In this document: one piece after another, positions 39,674-49,841 of the stretch
Layout of the letters: the number at the start of each line of letters is the position of its first letter
Position numbering within the stretch: position 1 is the stretch's first letter
Assembly (NCBI GenBank): GCA_963848965.1
Contig: CAWKFG010000004.1
Coordinates: forward strand, 576,001 to 640,000
Reading direction: 5' to 3'
Length of the DNA stretch: 64,000 nucleotides
Source of the DNA: an uncultured bacterium
GTDB taxonomy: Bacteria; Babelota; Babeliae; Babelales; Babelaceae
Notes under the pieces: generated by a model
Seen by the model: the letters and a program-made list of their open reading frames with translations, nothing else
What the model was told of the DNA's origin: nothing
Database searches by the model: none
Translations under genes and position numbers: made by a program

Positions 39674-40243
39674 TTATGATGTTTGCGCGGGCACCTCTTC
39701 AAGTATTTTTAGTACAGCACATGCTCTCATATAAATAAGATCTTGAGGAGTATATTCTCTACGCTTCATTATAAACTTTGTTAAATTGGCCAAAACTTGT
39801 GCAGCACCAATCCCAGCAACTAAAGGCCAATCATGCAGCACATTTTTGCCACGCACTACAATTATGTTAAGATCTTTTGATAATTTTTGCATATGCATGC
39901 CTATTAAAATAAGAAGACTACCGCATATAATACCAAAAGGTGGAAATAAACAGAGTTTAGCACCAATAACAAGAGGATGCTCCTTTTCATCAAGAGCTTT
40001 CTTTACAAAACAGTAAGCAGAAAGATCTCTATTTGCCGGATATTTGGCACTTTCTACGAGCTCTTTTGCAAGTTTTATATAGCGTTCTTTGTCCATTGTA
40101 GGAAGAACTTGTTTTTCGGCAACACAATCTCTAACCTTTTTTGGATCTATCTCTTGTATTGCTTGTTCTAGTAAGTAGTCACAGGAAGTAAAGGTTCCTT
40201 GTAAAAAAACTACCATAGCTAAAACACTTTTTAACCTTACCAT
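39674..40243 (-). CDS. Secreted membrane protein, paralog family A
   Basis: LEQAI..DPKKV, DKERYIKLA, two hydrophobic segments, YMRACAV. Confidence 0.7.
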   Translation of the reverse strand: MVRLKSVLAMVVFLQGTFTSCDYLLEQAIQEIDPKKVRDCVAEKQVLPTMDKERYIKLAKELVESAKYPANRDLSAYCFVKKALDEKEHPLVIGAKLCLFPPFGIICGSLLILIGMHMQKLSKDLNIIVVRGKNVLHDWPLVAGIGAAQVLANLTKFIMKRREYTPQDLIYMRACAVLKILEEVPAQTS

Positions 40244-40523
40244 TTTACAGCCTTCTTTGAAGTATCTTTAAAATTACCACAAGTATATTTTATTTTTATT
40301 TTTTGTCTATAAAGCATTACTGCAGTTAAGAAAAATGTGCAACTTGCCGAGGTCCCTTCACATGGTAAAAGTATTTTTCAATACAATTAGGCTTCAAATG
40401 GTATTTTAGCTTATCAATCATTAGCAAATGAAGTACTAATTTTTATTAGTATATCAAATTACTAATAAATAACTCAATAACAAGAAAGGCTAGGTTTCAT
40501 GTCTGGAGAGAGTTAGTTATGCT

Positions 40524-40913
40524 TTATCTTTTGGAAATCGATATAGCTTCGGATTGACTGTTTTCAGGAGGAAGAACTCCTTTGCTTTTTGGTGAAAGAG
40601 TAATTGTAGCCTTACAGTCTTTAATATCTGGACTTACGGTTATTACAATATACTGGCCAAGTAAATTTAATAATTTAAATAACCTATCAATTGAGAATCC
40701 AGCAAGTTTCCCTGTACTTAATGCTGATACTTTAGGTTGGCTAATACCTAATAGTTTAGCTGCTTGGGATTGATTTAAGCCTCTTTCAGCTATAGCCCTA
40801 TTAACTTCACTAGCAAGTTGAGCTTTTGCTAATCTTTCTTCAGGATTTGGCAACCCTAGGTCTGCAAACACGTTACCAGAGCTTATTTCGTATTCTATTT
40901 TTTTATTTTTCAT
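40524..40913 (-). CDS. XRE-family HTH antitoxin
   Basis: SSGNVFADLG, QSQAAKLLGISQPKVS, FSIDRL. Confidence 0.9.
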   Translation of the reverse strand: MKNKKIEYEISSGNVFADLGLPNPEERLAKAQLASEVNRAIAERGLNQSQAAKLLGISQPKVSALSTGKLAGFSIDRLFKLLNLLGQYIVITVSPDIKDCKATITLSPKSKGVLPPENSQSEAISISKR

Positions 40914-41274
40914 GTTTTATATCCTTGTAAATTTTCTCTGCCTCTTTAAGCCTTTGGCGAATTAAATCTATATCTTGTTTAGGTGTTTCTATTGCCTTTT
41001 TAGATTTCTTTTGAAAAACATGTAGTACAAATACAATATCGGCAAAGTTAACAGTATAAACTCCTCTATAAGTTCCACCTCTATCATGAGTAATAATCTC
41101 AAGTACTCCAGCACTCCCAAAGCCTTTTAGTACATAAGCGTTAGAAGCCTGTCTGCCAGATTGAGCTTCGCCGAGGCCATAACCTATAATGTCCTGGACA
41201 TCTTCTGATAGAGCAATTAAATCTTTTTTAGAAGAACCAAGCCAAATCAATGGCTTTCTTGTTTTTCTGTTCAT
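40903..41274 (-). CDS. RelE/ParE (gp49-like) toxin
   Basis: WLGSSKKDL, GVLEI, TYRGVY, VLHVFQKKS, TPKQDIDLI. Confidence 0.9.
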   Translation of the reverse strand: MNRKTRKPLIWLGSSKKDLIALSEDVQDIIGYGLGEAQSGRQASNAYVLKGFGSAGVLEIITHDRGGTYRGVYTVNFADIVFVLHVFQKKSKKAIETPKQDIDLIRQRLKEAEKIYKDIKHEK

Positions 41275-41282
41275 ATATTATA

Positions 41283-41310
41283 TTATCCCATATTTGGGAT
41301 AAATTTGCAA
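41283..41310 (-). promoter_or_regulatory. TA operator palindrome and -35 box
   Basis: TTATCCCA-tatt-TGGGATAA (41283-41302), TTGCAA (41305-41310). Confidence 0.65.
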
Positions 41311-41617
41311 TAGATGTTAGGTATGAATCGAATTGTGAAATCGTTTTTTCTCTGTGGTCGCCAAAAAGCCCTTACTTATAGTGTTTTTCATATATCAAGG
41401 GTTGAGGGAATTTAGCAGATAGAGATATTTATTGTTCAACAGTGAACACAATTTATAGAAAGCAATACAAAAAAATAGTTAAATTCTCATTCAAAGGAAA
41501 TACACAATTTTTTTCCGAGAGCTTGAGCAACCTTATCGAGAGTATTTGCTGTGATTTCGCTTAACTGGAGAACTTATTCATGAAATTGATAGAAATTGTC
41601 CGAACTTCAGAGTACTA

Positions 41618-42226
41618 CTATTGACGTACCCGCTCTCCAGGAGTGTTCTTAAAAAATGAAAGCCATCGTTGAAGGTTACTTTCAACAGCAAGAGCCTTGT
41701 AGTATTGCATAAAACGATCATGCTTGGTAATCCCTTTATGCACATTACAGGCACCCATAGTTGTTAAAAGGCTTCCAACAACTGCTCCTACGAGCGTACA
41801 AAGGCCATTCATATCAGTAAAGCTAAACTTTTTAATTTCAGCTGGTACTGCTGTAGGTGCTTCTTCTCCTTCAACCACTGGTAATGCATTAATAGTTGCA
41901 GGTTGTTGCATATATGGTTTTATATGCTGAGTATACATAACATAAAGAGCAGATAAACCGAGAGCTAACATACTACCACCGTAGAGTAACCGTGCAGAGT
42001 CTTTTATATCAAAGCGAGCACGTAATGCTTCCCATGCTCTATCTGAGCTTTCTTTTGCTTTGGTAATATAGTCATTTTTATTTTCTACTAATTGCGCTAA
42101 TTCAACTGCACCGAGCTTGAGCAATCGTTCTGGCTGATGATAGGCTATAGCTTTTTCTATTTCTCCTGTATTTGCTATAAGAGCATAAGGAGCTGCTATA
42201 AGCAAGAATAATACTAATCTTTTCAT
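41618..42226 (-). CDS. Secreted membrane protein, paralog family A
   Basis: IEKAI..QPERL, FDIKDSARLLYG, two hydrophobic segments, YYKALAVE. Confidence 0.7.
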   Translation of the reverse strand: MKRLVLFLLIAAPYALIANTGEIEKAIAYHQPERLLKLGAVELAQLVENKNDYITKAKESSDRAWEALRARFDIKDSARLLYGGSMLALGLSALYVMYTQHIKPYMQQPATINALPVVEGEEAPTAVPAEIKKFSFTDMNGLCTLVGAVVGSLLTTMGACNVHKGITKHDRFMQYYKALAVESNLQRWLSFFKNTPGERVRQ

Positions 42227-42329
42227 GAAACCTCCTGCTTTACCTCTTTAATTACATCTCTTTTCTAGTGTACTCATTTTAAAGAGACCAGCAAATGGTT
42301 AGCGATCTTTCTTTTTAGAGAATCTTTTC

Positions 42330-42905
42330 TTATGTTCGTTGGCCAAATTTACCTTCAAAAGCAATTTCTTCAACCTTTTTACGATCTGAAGGCACCTCAC
42401 GCTCACGCAATTTATCAGAAAGTACGCTTGTAGGACCTCGTTTTCCTACCACATACATTGCTTCAACATCATATCCTTCAGGGACACCGAGTTCTACACG
42501 AGCACGATCATAATCAAATCCTTCAAGTCCATGCACTACAAGGCCCATAGCATATCCTTGAAGAGAAAGATTTTCTACAGCAGATCCTGTATCAAAAGAA
42601 TGCGTACGTGAAGTATAGCCATTGTACTCAAAATATCTGTGCGATAGTACTAAAATAAGAGCTGCTGCATTTTTAGCCCACTCTTGATTGGCAGGAACAA
42701 GCAGATTAAAAAATGTTTGCCAATAAGGAGTGTTTCTTAACGCATAAACAAAACGCCATGGTTGATTATTATACGATGATGGAGCCCACCGAGCAGCTTC
42801 AAAGAGCGACATTAATTCTTCATGAGAAATTTCTTCTCCCGACATTGCTCGTGGTGACCATCTATTTATTATAAGATCTAAGACTTTATGATCTGCTTTA
42901 CGCAT
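42330..42905 (-). CDS. Nitroreductase family protein
   Basis: RWSPRAM, ARWAPSSYNNQPWRF, FDTG, GFD. Confidence 0.93.
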   Translation of the reverse strand: MRKADHKVLDLIINRWSPRAMSGEEISHEELMSLFEAARWAPSSYNNQPWRFVYALRNTPYWQTFFNLLVPANQEWAKNAAALILVLSHRYFEYNGYTSRTHSFDTGSAVENLSLQGYAMGLVVHGLEGFDYDRARVELGVPEGYDVEAMYVVGKRGPTSVLSDKLREREVPSDRKKVEEIAFEGKFGQRT

Positions 42906-43113
42906 AATTTCCCCACCTTTTCATAATTATAAAGTAGTTATTCTCCCAAGCAGAGTGTGCCACAACAGATAAATATTTAACAAGATTTAACAATAATTTT
43001 TCTAGCTATTACTCTGCTCATAAGCATAAACAAGCTACAAAAATCTTGCATTTTCTTTTTCTCTTCTTGTAGGGTTGAAAAAACATATTTTAACTTTACT
43101 TAAAAGAGATACC

Positions 43114-43995
43114 ATGAAATTTTACAATGCTCTCTTTTTCATTATGTATGTAAGCTCTCTACACTGCGGTATTTTTGATTGGTTTAAAAAGACACCGGAG
43201 AAAATAGAAAGGACTTTTGAAGACTTTAAGAAATCGCAGCTACCCCGTGATTCTGCACCCTTCTCAGAGAAAGTACAAGCACCACCGAGAGTCTCTACAC
43301 AACAAGAAGCTTCACAAGCAAAAAAGCCAGAAGTTTCTGCTCAAACTATGCCTTCAGCACCGAGCTTTGTAAATGTAAGTATTGTAAATACTCAAGATAA
43401 TAGTACACAAGAAACACCTGTAGACCAAATTCCAGAACCAAAACAAGAAGTACTAGAAACTCCTGCTCAAGATATACCAGCTTCACCTCATGTCTCACCA
43501 CAAACATATTCTACAAGCAAACCAGCACAAGCAAAAGTTGAACTTCCAAAAGTAGATCCAGTTTCTAATATGCACTCTCAATACAATTTTAGTAAGCTTA
43601 AAACAATAGGTTGTACTATTGCAACTGTATATGCATGCCTCCAAGGATACTTGTGGTACTTATCTCACACACTTGCCAAAGCTTCAAGTTGGTCTCTCTG
43701 GTGCTTTCATACCTTTCCAGAAGGCGTACGAAGTGTATCGCAAGCAGATATTAAAGCAAAGCTCTCTGAAGCACTTACAGGTACTTCTTCTAATCCCCTT
43801 CAACTGCGATTTGATATAGAAAAGGAAGAAGAACGCTTAAAACGGTATCAAACTCTTGTACAAGTACTACAAAAAATCTATGTAGGAAAATTGTTTTCAT
43901 ATAATGCTGTTCTGCTACAAGAGATACCTCGCAGACTGTATAGATTAGAGAGGCTTAAAAATGCTTATGCTCAAACATATGCAGAATTAGGTTAA
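43114..43995 (+). CDS. Secreted/membrane hypothetical protein with P/Q/S/T-rich linker
   Basis: Signal ..LHCG, low-complexity middle, one TM helix. Confidence 0.65.
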   Translation: MKFYNALFFIMYVSSLHCGIFDWFKKTPEKIERTFEDFKKSQLPRDSAPFSEKVQAPPRVSTQQEASQAKKPEVSAQTMPSAPSFVNVSIVNTQDNSTQETPVDQIPEPKQEVLETPAQDIPASPHVSPQTYSTSKPAQAKVELPKVDPVSNMHSQYNFSKLKTIGCTIATVYACLQGYLWYLSHTLAKASSWSLWCFHTFPEGVRSVSQADIKAKLSEALTGTSSNPLQLRFDIEKEEERLKRYQTLVQVLQKIYVGKLFSYNAVLLQEIPRRLYRLERLKNAYAQTYAELG

Positions 43996-44347
43996 CTGCA
44001 TTTTGTATATTAAAATACATAAGCTCTTTCTGGTAAAGAAAAGTACTTCTTATTAACCTAAGATAGTCTATAGAAAACAGTCGAGAAAAAGGCAAAGCCA
44101 AGCACCTCTTGCAAGGTTCTTAGGTCTAGAGCAATCAAATTAGACTTTGACACAAACCAGCCGTCCTGATAGAATATAATTATCATGCATTAAACAATAA
44201 TAGTTTTTATCATAAATTTCTAACGAGCCTTATTCATATGCCACCTCCTGGCATAAGCTATAAGTATTGTAGGCTTATTCATGCATGTAATGGTTATAGT
44301 TATAATTATTTAACCAGCGCATCCTCTGCGCTTACTGGAATTTTACA

Positions 44348-47026
44348 ATGAAAAAATATTTTTTACTTATAAGTATACTCTCCATTGCATGCCACTCTTT
44401 ACTCTTTGGAATGGAAAAAACAGCTCAACGTCAAGAAAAAAAGATATATAATGGAACTGAAGAAGAGTATATTGATAAAGTAGAATCATATCATAAGAGA
44501 CTATCTTTAGATACGTTACAAAGAAGTATTCCCTTATTCAATGCCATTTATGCCCATAATATCAGCTTTTTAGAACAAAGGTTACAAAAAGACTCGATTA
44601 ACAACTTTATACTCATGGACTTTGGTGGTTTTACTCCTTTAATGCTTGCTTGTTTAGCAGGAGATCTTGAAATAGTAGATTTTCTTTTAACACAAGATGC
44701 TGATGTTAATAAACACAACAGTCGTGGTTGGACACCACTAATGTTTGCTGCAAAAAAAGGTGCGACTGCCATAGTAAAACAACTTCTTGAAAAAAAAGCT
44801 TCTCTTAATGTTACAGTAGTAAACTCTGGTTGGACAGCACTAAATCTTGCCGCAAAAAATGGTCATAAAGATATAGTAGAACTACTAGTTGATAATGGCG
44901 CTGACGTTACTTTAAGATCACAGGATAGAAAAAGCGTTTTAGCACTCGCAGTAGTGTATAAACATAAAGATGTAGTAGCTCTACTTCTTAAAAAAAAGGT
45001 ACCTTTAGAAACTAAAGATGAACAATGGAAAAGTCCACTCTTATTAGCTGTAGAAAGTGGTGATGAGGAAATAGTTTCCTTACTACTTGATAATGGTGCT
45101 GCTATCGACAGTGGCTGTCTTATTAATGATAGACCTGGAAATACTGCGTTAATGCTTGCAGTAAGAGCAGGTAATCAAACAATGATCGATTTACTGCTCA
45201 AACGTGGAGCATTTATAAATGATTGTAACTCACAAGGTCAAACGGCTGCTACGTGGGCAGGACTAGCCGGTGACGAAAAAATAGTACAGCAGCTTATAAA
45301 CGTTGGTACTTCAACGGGGGAGATTAAAGCACAAGCTCTTTTAGGAGCAGCTTTTAAAGGACATACAACGTTAGTAAATACATTACTTAAGCAAGGAACT
45401 TCTGCACATACAAAGGCTTCTGTTAATATCAGAGCAATGAGCGAAGATGTTCTTGATAAAGTAGTAAGCTCTCAATCAGACTATAGAGCAGAAGAAAGCG
45501 CTTTAACCCTTGCAGTACATAATGGCCACACAGAAGTAGTAAAATTATTGCTTGATAATGGTGCTGATATCAACTATAAAAATGAGCGCGGCGCTACCGC
45601 ATTAGTAATAGCTATAGAAAAAGAGAATACAGAGCTCGTAACATTCTTATTAAATCATGGTGCATCTCTAACTATATCTGATAATTACAACCAAACTCCT
45701 TTTAGCCTCGTAGGAAAAATAGGTAACGAAGCTATACTATCTCTGCTCCTAGAACGATGTGAAGATAAACAGACAGCTAAAGTACAAGCCCTCTTTGGAG
45801 CCATTACTTCCCATAATATAAAATGTGTAAGGATCTTATTAGCTATGAAAGTAGATGTTAACACCAAGAATCAAGGCAATACTCCTTTAATATATAGCAT
45901 CAAAAGAGGATGTCCTCAAGAATTAGTAGCTTTACTTCTTGCAGCAGGAGCACATGTTAATGATGAAGATAACAATAGCTGTACTGCATTAATACTGGCA
46001 GTAAATAAAGGATACACAGAACTTGTAGAATTATTGCTTAAAAACCGTGCAGATACTAATACTTGCACCAGCAAAGGTGATACTGCTCTCATACTAGCTG
46101 CTCGCAAGCATTATTACGAGATAGTAAAAATGCTTGTTGCTGCAGGTGCAAACGTTAACGCTCAAAATAGTGATGGTAATACAGCCTTTCTAGAGACCTT
46201 AGAACAGTGGAGCAAGATGGATCGCTCTTTTAGCATGCATCCTAAAGCAATAGTTACCTTACTTTTAGCGCATGGAGCAGAAACAGCCACCCCCAAAAAG
46301 AGCGTTCATTCGTTTATAGGCCAGGTCATGAGCAAAAATTGGCATGAAATTATTTCATTTTTTATAGCAAATGACATAAATATAGGTTCTTTTACCATAT
46401 CAAATTGGCCTTCTGTTAAGACTACACAGCGTTTGTCTTCTCTTATGACACCTGAACTTATGTGTGGTATGATACTCGTTAAGTTGGTCTGGGATTACAA
46501 AATACAACATTATTTAGCAGATGCTTCTCGTTACTCTACAAATAAAGAATGGCTAAAAAATCTGGATCTCATGTACCGTAGCCCAAAAGGACAGACTCTT
46601 CTTATGGTAGCATGTATGGTAGGTCATACTGAAATAGTTAAAGGCCTTAAAAGTTACATAAACGAAGGGTATCTTAATGTTGTAGATGACTATGGATACT
46701 CTGCTCTTGATTATGCCATGATTCTTGGTCAAGTAGAATGTGCTACTGCGCTTATAGATACCTATGGTCATGCGCTTAATATAATCAAAACAAAATCTTC
46801 TGAGTTGCTCGATCAAGCTATAAAGAGAGAGAGCTTACAATTAGTTACGGCCCTCTTAAAAGTTGGTGTTAAACCTACTATTGAGCATGTAAAAAGCGCA
46901 GCAGATCAAGGAAAGCTCTTTATTATGTTTAAACTACTTGCAACTTTTTCCAAGGATAATGCTGATTTTGTTAAAAACCTACCTATAAAAAAAACTTTAA
47001 AAGGAGCTTCAGCACTTTTTAATTAA
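44348..47026 (+). CDS. Secreted ankyrin-repeat protein (many repeats)
   Basis: LLFG|ME; repeated TPLM/TAL..A..G motifs. Confidence 0.9.
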   Translation: MKKYFLLISILSIACHSLLFGMEKTAQRQEKKIYNGTEEEYIDKVESYHKRLSLDTLQRSIPLFNAIYAHNISFLEQRLQKDSINNFILMDFGGFTPLMLACLAGDLEIVDFLLTQDADVNKHNSRGWTPLMFAAKKGATAIVKQLLEKKASLNVTVVNSGWTALNLAAKNGHKDIVELLVDNGADVTLRSQDRKSVLALAVVYKHKDVVALLLKKKVPLETKDEQWKSPLLLAVESGDEEIVSLLLDNGAAIDSGCLINDRPGNTALMLAVRAGNQTMIDLLLKRGAFINDCNSQGQTAATWAGLAGDEKIVQQLINVGTSTGEIKAQALLGAAFKGHTTLVNTLLKQGTSAHTKASVNIRAMSEDVLDKVVSSQSDYRAEESALTLAVHNGHTEVVKLLLDNGADINYKNERGATALVIAIEKENTELVTFLLNHGASLTISDNYNQTPFSLVGKIGNEAILSLLLERCEDKQTAKVQALFGAITSHNIKCVRILLAMKVDVNTKNQGNTPLIYSIKRGCPQELVALLLAAGAHVNDEDNNSCTALILAVNKGYTELVELLLKNRADTNTCTSKGDTALILAARKHYYEIVKMLVAAGANVNAQNSDGNTAFLETLEQWSKMDRSFSMHPKAIVTLLLAHGAETATPKKSVHSFIGQVMSKNWHEIISFFIANDINIGSFTISNWPSVKTTQRLSSLMTPELMCGMILVKLVWDYKIQHYLADASRYSTNKEWLKNLDLMYRSPKGQTLLMVACMVGHTEIVKGLKSYINEGYLNVVDDYGYSALDYAMILGQVECATALIDTYGHALNIIKTKSSELLDQAIKRESLQLVTALLKVGVKPTIEHVKSAADQGKLFIMFKLLATFSKDNADFVKNLPIKKTLKGASALFN

Positions 47027-47154
47027 TAAGAACTCTGCTTCTCAATAACAAAGATACTTTTGTTAGCATTAGCTAAACGATTCCAGTTCAACCGCTTAGG
47101 AATAAAATAGTGTATCTCTGGAATAATAGGACCTGCTATACAAAATGTTTTCAT
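47023..47154 (-). pseudogene. N-terminal remnant of an AAA-like ATPase gene
   Basis: MKTFCIAGPIIPEIHYFIPKR resembles the F..AGP..P..HY N-terminus of that family; stops at 43 aa. Confidence 0.45.
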
Positions 47155-47285
47155 GGTATTTTTCGCATTTATGACTCTACTATAGCTTTAATATAGCTTA
47201 TAACGAATAACAAAAAACATACAGTAGTTATGCTCGCTTAAGCAAAGACGTCTTAGGACCTTGCATTTATTTTTCCTTACATATG

Positions 47286-48665
47286 CTAATAACAAAGACG
47301 CTTCAAATCACAATCATTAAAGTACACACCTGCGCCAACAAAGCCACTTTTATTATGCTTACTAATAAAGTCTTCTGCACCAAAAGTAAGATATAACGAC
47401 GGAGTTATAAAGAGCCTGTTAAGCCATTTTAAATGAGGGCGAGTATCAGTACCTATACGTCTATTACCTCTGAAATCAAATGCTTCGAACGTTGTAATCC
47501 ATTGCCATTGACTAAGCGGAATGCGCCAATCAATACCAAAACCAACAGAGCTTTCAAAAAGTCCTAAACGTACTGCAAACGAATCATTAAACACTTTACC
47601 AACTTGAAAGTTAACACCTACAGAAGTACGTTTTTCTTTGAGACTCGTTTTGCTTTTACCTGTTTTACAATCGATTGTTGTAGTAATTGTCTTTTTTGCA
47701 AAGCCCTTATCAGAAAGAGCAACTCCTCCTAAAATAAAGGCACTTGGTATAGGATAGAAATACAGGTCAAAATAACCTTTAATACGCGGCTTTGTAGGAC
47801 AATCTAAACCGATGAGTGGCTCTACATAGCTATCTACCGCAAATGACCACTGCGAAATTCTGTTAAGTGAATTACAGACACTCTTTACCGAACACTTTAA
47901 ATCTCGATACATCTCATCTTCGTTAATAAGCTTACCAATAACTCCTTGACCTTGATTTAATTTACGTACTACTTCAGCACCATCTTTGAGCGTAGCATCA
48001 GTACGTTTAATACGTTCATCAAAATGAGTTGTTGTCTTTTTAATAGAATCAAATGTTGATTCAAAGCATGTAACAACACGATCAACACTAGAGCTAAGTT
48101 GCGATTTCATATCTCGTACTGAATCTGCAAAGGGTGCTATATTGCCTTTTAAATGAGCAGCTATATCTCTTACTTCTTGTGCAGTATCTTTTAAAGAAAC
48201 TGCAAGCTCTTGGACACTCTGAGAAACTTTGGCAAAGCTATAAAGAATTTCGTCCATTGACATAAATTGTCGTGCTTGATAAGAAATCGTATCACCCATA
48301 TTCAGCGGCTGCTCAAGAGGATCGCCAGTCACAAGCTCGAGAAACTTAAGGCCAAGCATCCCTTCTTGCCGTACAATTGCATAAGCGTTTTTATACAAAG
48401 TATAGTCACGTAGGATCATGAGTTTTGCCTTTACCGTTTTGCCATCAGGTTCAAGCACTACATCATCTACCCATCCGACTTTTACTCCTGCAATTTTAAC
48501 ATCAGCTTTCTTTGCAAGTCCTGCTACATCTTTAAAAAGAGCATAATAGGGTGCATACTTAGAAGTATCAAATCTAAAAGCGCCCAGTTGGACTGACATA
48601 TACAAAAAAGAGCTGATAGCAGTTACGATAAAGATACCTATTATTGCTTCTGTTTTAAGATTCAA
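47286..48665 (-). CDS. MCE/MlaD family protein with helical stalk and beta-rich C-terminus
   Basis: TM anchor, FKDVAGL..ADVKIAGVKVGWV, GMLGLKFLEL; GVIGKLINED. Confidence 0.9.
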   Translation of the reverse strand: MNLKTEAIIGIFIVTAISSFLYMSVQLGAFRFDTSKYAPYYALFKDVAGLAKKADVKIAGVKVGWVDDVVLEPDGKTVKAKLMILRDYTLYKNAYAIVRQEGMLGLKFLELVTGDPLEQPLNMGDTISYQARQFMSMDEILYSFAKVSQSVQELAVSLKDTAQEVRDIAAHLKGNIAPFADSVRDMKSQLSSSVDRVVTCFESTFDSIKKTTTHFDERIKRTDATLKDGAEVVRKLNQGQGVIGKLINEDEMYRDLKCSVKSVCNSLNRISQWSFAVDSYVEPLIGLDCPTKPRIKGYFDLYFYPIPSAFILGGVALSDKGFAKKTITTTIDCKTGKSKTSLKEKRTSVGVNFQVGKVFNDSFAVRLGLFESSVGFGIDWRIPLSQWQWITTFEAFDFRGNRRIGTDTRPHLKWLNRLFITPSLYLTFGAEDFISKHNKSGFVGAGVYFNDCDLKRLCY

Positions 48666-48675
48666 GATCTATTCC

Positions 48676-49833
48676 TTACAGCCAATAAAGTTTTGAGACT
48701 TTAAATATAATACTTTTTGGTGAAAGATAAGCAGGAGGTTCTGTAACTTCTAAAAGAGCAGCTACTTTTTGTGTAACACCCCCTACCTGAGCATAGGATA
48801 CCACAAAAAATGCAGTTGCTTCAAATTGTGCTCCAAAAAGCGCTCGTATTTCTTGCGGTATATTTGCAAACTTTTTACCATAGAATGGTGCAAGTATTTT
48901 GTCCCATTCAGTTTGCCAGTTCATTGTTGGTTTTAAATCTTTCACAAACTCTTTATTAATTTTAACCTCTTTATTCTCCTTAAATCCAAGAATAGCCTTA
49001 AGGCTATTTGATAAAAGCCATGGATTTAATGTACCAGAACTAGAAGCTGTGGTAAAAAGGTCTGTTACAAAAAGTTGCTGCTTCCCTCTCTGTTGCTGTG
49101 CAGTAGGACGAGTTACAAAAAGCTTATCCTTAAGCGGCGTAAATGATTTTAGCGGTACAAGTTCACTAAAGTCTTCAAGTGGTCGCTTATACTTTCCTTG
49201 TGCTTCTTTAAGAACTTGTCTTATGCTTACTTCCATCTCTTTTTTAATAAGCTCATCAAACACAGTTAATAGATTCTTTGTCTGTCCAGGTTGCTGAGCA
49301 TTTGACTGCTGTCCATTTTGTGGTGGTGCTTGCTGCTGAGCCGCTTGTGCTGCTTGTTGTTTCTGCTTACTTTCAGATTCTAAAAGCGTACTAAGATGCT
49401 CAAGACTTATTTTACCTTGCTCAGAAGAGATATAAAACGATAGAGTACCAGTAATACCCTCCTTCTCTGTAAGCTCAATTGTTTGCCACTTGTTGAGCAC
49501 AGGAAGAATTTGTAAAAGCCACTGCTGCATGGGAGGTGGTTTTTGCCACCCTTCTTTCTTTTGAGCTTCTTCCTTTTGTTGGGCCTGTGCAGGTGCTGCT
49601 TGAGCAGCTTGCTCTTTTTCTTGAGGTGCTCCTTTAGGAACAACAAGACAAATTTTGCTTAATGCTATCTCTAAAGAACTTAAAGCAAGATTCCGCGCTT
49701 GCTCTCGGTCAAGCATAAGACGAGCCTGACGCTGATAACTCATTGCCCGCTGAATAACAGAGGTCACAAGTATTACTGCCATTGAAATAATCATCAATGT
49801 CAGTGGTAATATATACCCTTGGTTTTTTTTCAT
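48676..49833 (-). CDS. gspK: Type II secretion pseudopilin GspK-like
   Basis: QG|YILPLTL prepilin-like N-terminus, SEQGKISL, position after gspJ. Confidence 0.7.
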   Translation of the reverse strand: MKKNQGYILPLTLMIISMAVILVTSVIQRAMSYQRQARLMLDREQARNLALSSLEIALSKICLVVPKGAPQEKEQAAQAAPAQAQQKEEAQKKEGWQKPPPMQQWLLQILPVLNKWQTIELTEKEGITGTLSFYISSEQGKISLEHLSTLLESESKQKQQAAQAAQQQAPPQNGQQSNAQQPGQTKNLLTVFDELIKKEMEVSIRQVLKEAQGKYKRPLEDFSELVPLKSFTPLKDKLFVTRPTAQQQRGKQQLFVTDLFTTASSSGTLNPWLLSNSLKAILGFKENKEVKINKEFVKDLKPTMNWQTEWDKILAPFYGKKFANIPQEIRALFGAQFEATAFFVVSYAQVGGVTQKVAALLEVTEPPAYLSPKSIIFKVSKLYWL

Positions 49834-49841
49834 ACTTTACC

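Noticed and set aside
41323..41617. Gene-like intergenic stretch
   Set aside because: Multiple stops and no assignable family
44233..44260. CTCCTGGCATAAGC resembling the 951-965 hairpin
   Set aside because: Too short, and the second arm is not complementary
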